From contig NC_058368.1 in assembly GCF_018350175.1 (NCBI RefSeq), positions 77,750,001 to 77,814,000 of the forward strand: a stretch of DNA of 64,000 nucleotides, read 5' to 3'. Shown here in pieces: positions 62,238-64,000 of this stretch. The translations under genes and the position numbers were made by a program. Positions within the stretch are counted from its first letter, which is position 1. Each line of letters begins with the position of its first letter. The notes under the pieces were generated by a model, which saw only the letters and a program-made list of their open reading frames with translations, made no database searches and was not told the origin of the DNA. The DNA comes from Felis catus (taxonomy: Eukaryota).

Positions 62238-62464
62238 TTTTTTTTTTTTTAATTTTTTTTTCAACGTTTATTTATTTTTGGGACAGAGAGAGACAGAGCA
62301 TGAACGGGGGAGGGGCAGAGAGAGAGGGAGACACAGAATCTGAAACAGGCTCCAGGCTCTGAGCCATCAGCCCAAAGCCCGACACGGGGCTCGAACTCAC
62401 GGACCGCGAGATCGTGACCTGGTTGAAGTCGGACACTTAACCCACTGCGCCACCCAGGCGCCCC
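62238..62464 (-). mobile_element. Can-SINE, young feline-type subfamily
   Basis: Diagnostic positions; TSD AGGAACATTTCTT/AGGAGCATTTCTT. Confidence 0.96.
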
Positions 62465-64000
62465 CTAGGAGCATTTCTTAAACTGTTTCCTTATGATTGC
62501 CTTCTTCTTCTCTTTGTCTCTTTTGCTGACCCACCCACGATTTTGCTATAGAAAGAAATAAAGATTCTGAATTTTGACAGGTTAAAAAAATATGTATGTA
62601 TATACAAAAATAATATTTACAAAATATATGGTTATTTATAAAAACACAGAATTTATAAAATGTAATATTTATATATGTATCTTTGCAAGAATCACTTTAG
62701 TGATATACTTCTTAAACTTGAGAATCTGTGCATATATTTGATGAATAAGTTTCTAGATAATTTTATTAGTACGTTTTATTTCACAAAATATTTTCTTTCA
62801 GATCAATGATAATTATGAAGTGTGATTTTATAAAACATACATGATCTCGGTTTCTGAATAATAAATACTTGTTGTGTGTATGGTGGTGTGGCTGGTGACG
62901 ATAAAATGCAGTAAAAGTAGCCAATGCAATGATCAGTTTGAGATGGCTGCTATGATTTTAAGTCTAGCTTCCTATAACAAGCACCTCTGGAAATAAACAA
63001 GCTGGTTCTGCCCTTGGCTTAATTGATATTGAACATACACTAGGTTAGCATGTACCACTGTTGCTATTCTTACCTAAAGAGATTCAGGCTTCTTAATGTA
63101 ACATCAGTGACGTGTGTATATATATTCTACAGGGGTTTGTATCCCTGGTTTTCCTGGTACATTACATGGTATTTCAGTCCCTACCCACTGAAATATACTG
63201 CGACTTTCCTCCCACCTGCTCACTCATGTGGCCTTTTCTCTGACTGTTTGTTTCCTTTCCTCATTAACTTTTCCTTTGACCTCCAGTGAAGGAGAGAGGT
63301 GTTCTCCACTCTGTTCCCATAACAAAAACAGGTTCCTTTAATTTTCTATTATCTGCCATAAGGGAATGTGCAGCGATCAGGCCCAAGGACCACATAGGAT
63401 GTAGGTTACATTCTGAACGTATAGAACATACGGTTTTAACTCCCAGGAAATTATTTGAAGATGTGCAACACCCTATGTGTCCTCCAATAAACAATTATCC
63501 TTTCTCTTTTCTAAACAGAATATCGTGTTTGTTTGAATCACTAACACATAAGGACATGGGAGTCAGTCCAATGACCGCAAGATTAATATGGTCACATACA
63601 CAAGAAAATTAGACATAAACCAGAGTTATTTAAGAGATTTAACGGAAACTGCACTTTGGAGTGTCAGTCCACAAAGCTACCACTTACAAGCCGGATACTT
63701 ACAAAGTAGACTCATTGAAAGGTGTTTTAATGCATGGCTGTTGAAGGAAATGAGCTATTTCCTTCTAAATCTTGGATTTGAAGAACTCATTTTTCTGCAT
63801 TCATTTATCAGTTCATACCTGTCGTTTAGCATCATAAATGAAACCTCAAAGAATCAGTGATCAGTGTGTCCAATACAGGCAACAGTTGGAGGAGCTTTTT
63901 AAATTACTGCTCCCTGTGAGAATGTCAACTACCAAAACAGTTCTCATTCTTTATCACCGCAGCAAATAGTATTAAACCAAATATCGATTGAACTGCCACG

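Larger units (their letters stand above)
61440..62530 (-). mobile_element. Ancient L1 ORF1 (or HAL1) remnant punctured by three SINEs
   Basis: ORF 62050-62232 (GKFQIINEERKILKSSREGQEGTYKVSGIRTGLDFS) resembles the L1 ORF1p C-terminal motif KILKA.RE...TYKG..IR...DFS. Confidence 0.7.

Noticed and set aside
850..62343. Recurrent ORFs with GAPGWLSRLSVRL / AQVMISRSVSSSP / RERERE peptides
   Set aside because: Translations of Can-SINE copies, not a gene family
886..62464. Recurring ~200-bp repeats as a CRISPR-like or tandem array
   Set aside because: Dispersed, on both strands, each with its own TSD and A-tail: retroposons

Overview
Mammalian genomic DNA, almost certainly a felid (cat family). It is dense in tRNA-derived Can-SINEs (GGGGCGCCTGGGTGGCTCAG head, (CT)n tract, AATAAA, A-tail, target-site duplications (TSDs)), including the young feline-type subfamily (GCGCAGTCGG...CAGCCAGG...TGGGCTGATGG). 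I count about 30 Can-SINEs, about 13 L1 fragments of different ages, MaLR/ERV LTR remnants, hAT-type DNA transposon remnants, MIR/L2 relics and several microsatellites. I cannot identify any protein-coding gene or RNA gene. The supplied ORFs that I can explain are SINE-, L1- or microsatellite-derived, and the rest are compatible with chance. The window looks intronic or intergenic and I cannot name the locus. Best leads: (1) a likely L1-mediated 3' transduction at ~50.95-51.76 kb; (2) a three-level nested insertion (SINE in SINE in L1) forming an adjacent inverted SINE pair at ~34.7-35.8 kb; (3) a GC-box/ETS promoter-like element followed by a good splice donor at ~45.5-45.7 kb; (4) several repeat-free blocks dense in homeodomain/POU/CUT/MEIS motifs that resemble developmental enhancers. 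I see no evidence for a novel multi-gene system. Repeat subfamily names come from recall of consensus sequences, and old-repeat boundaries are approximate.
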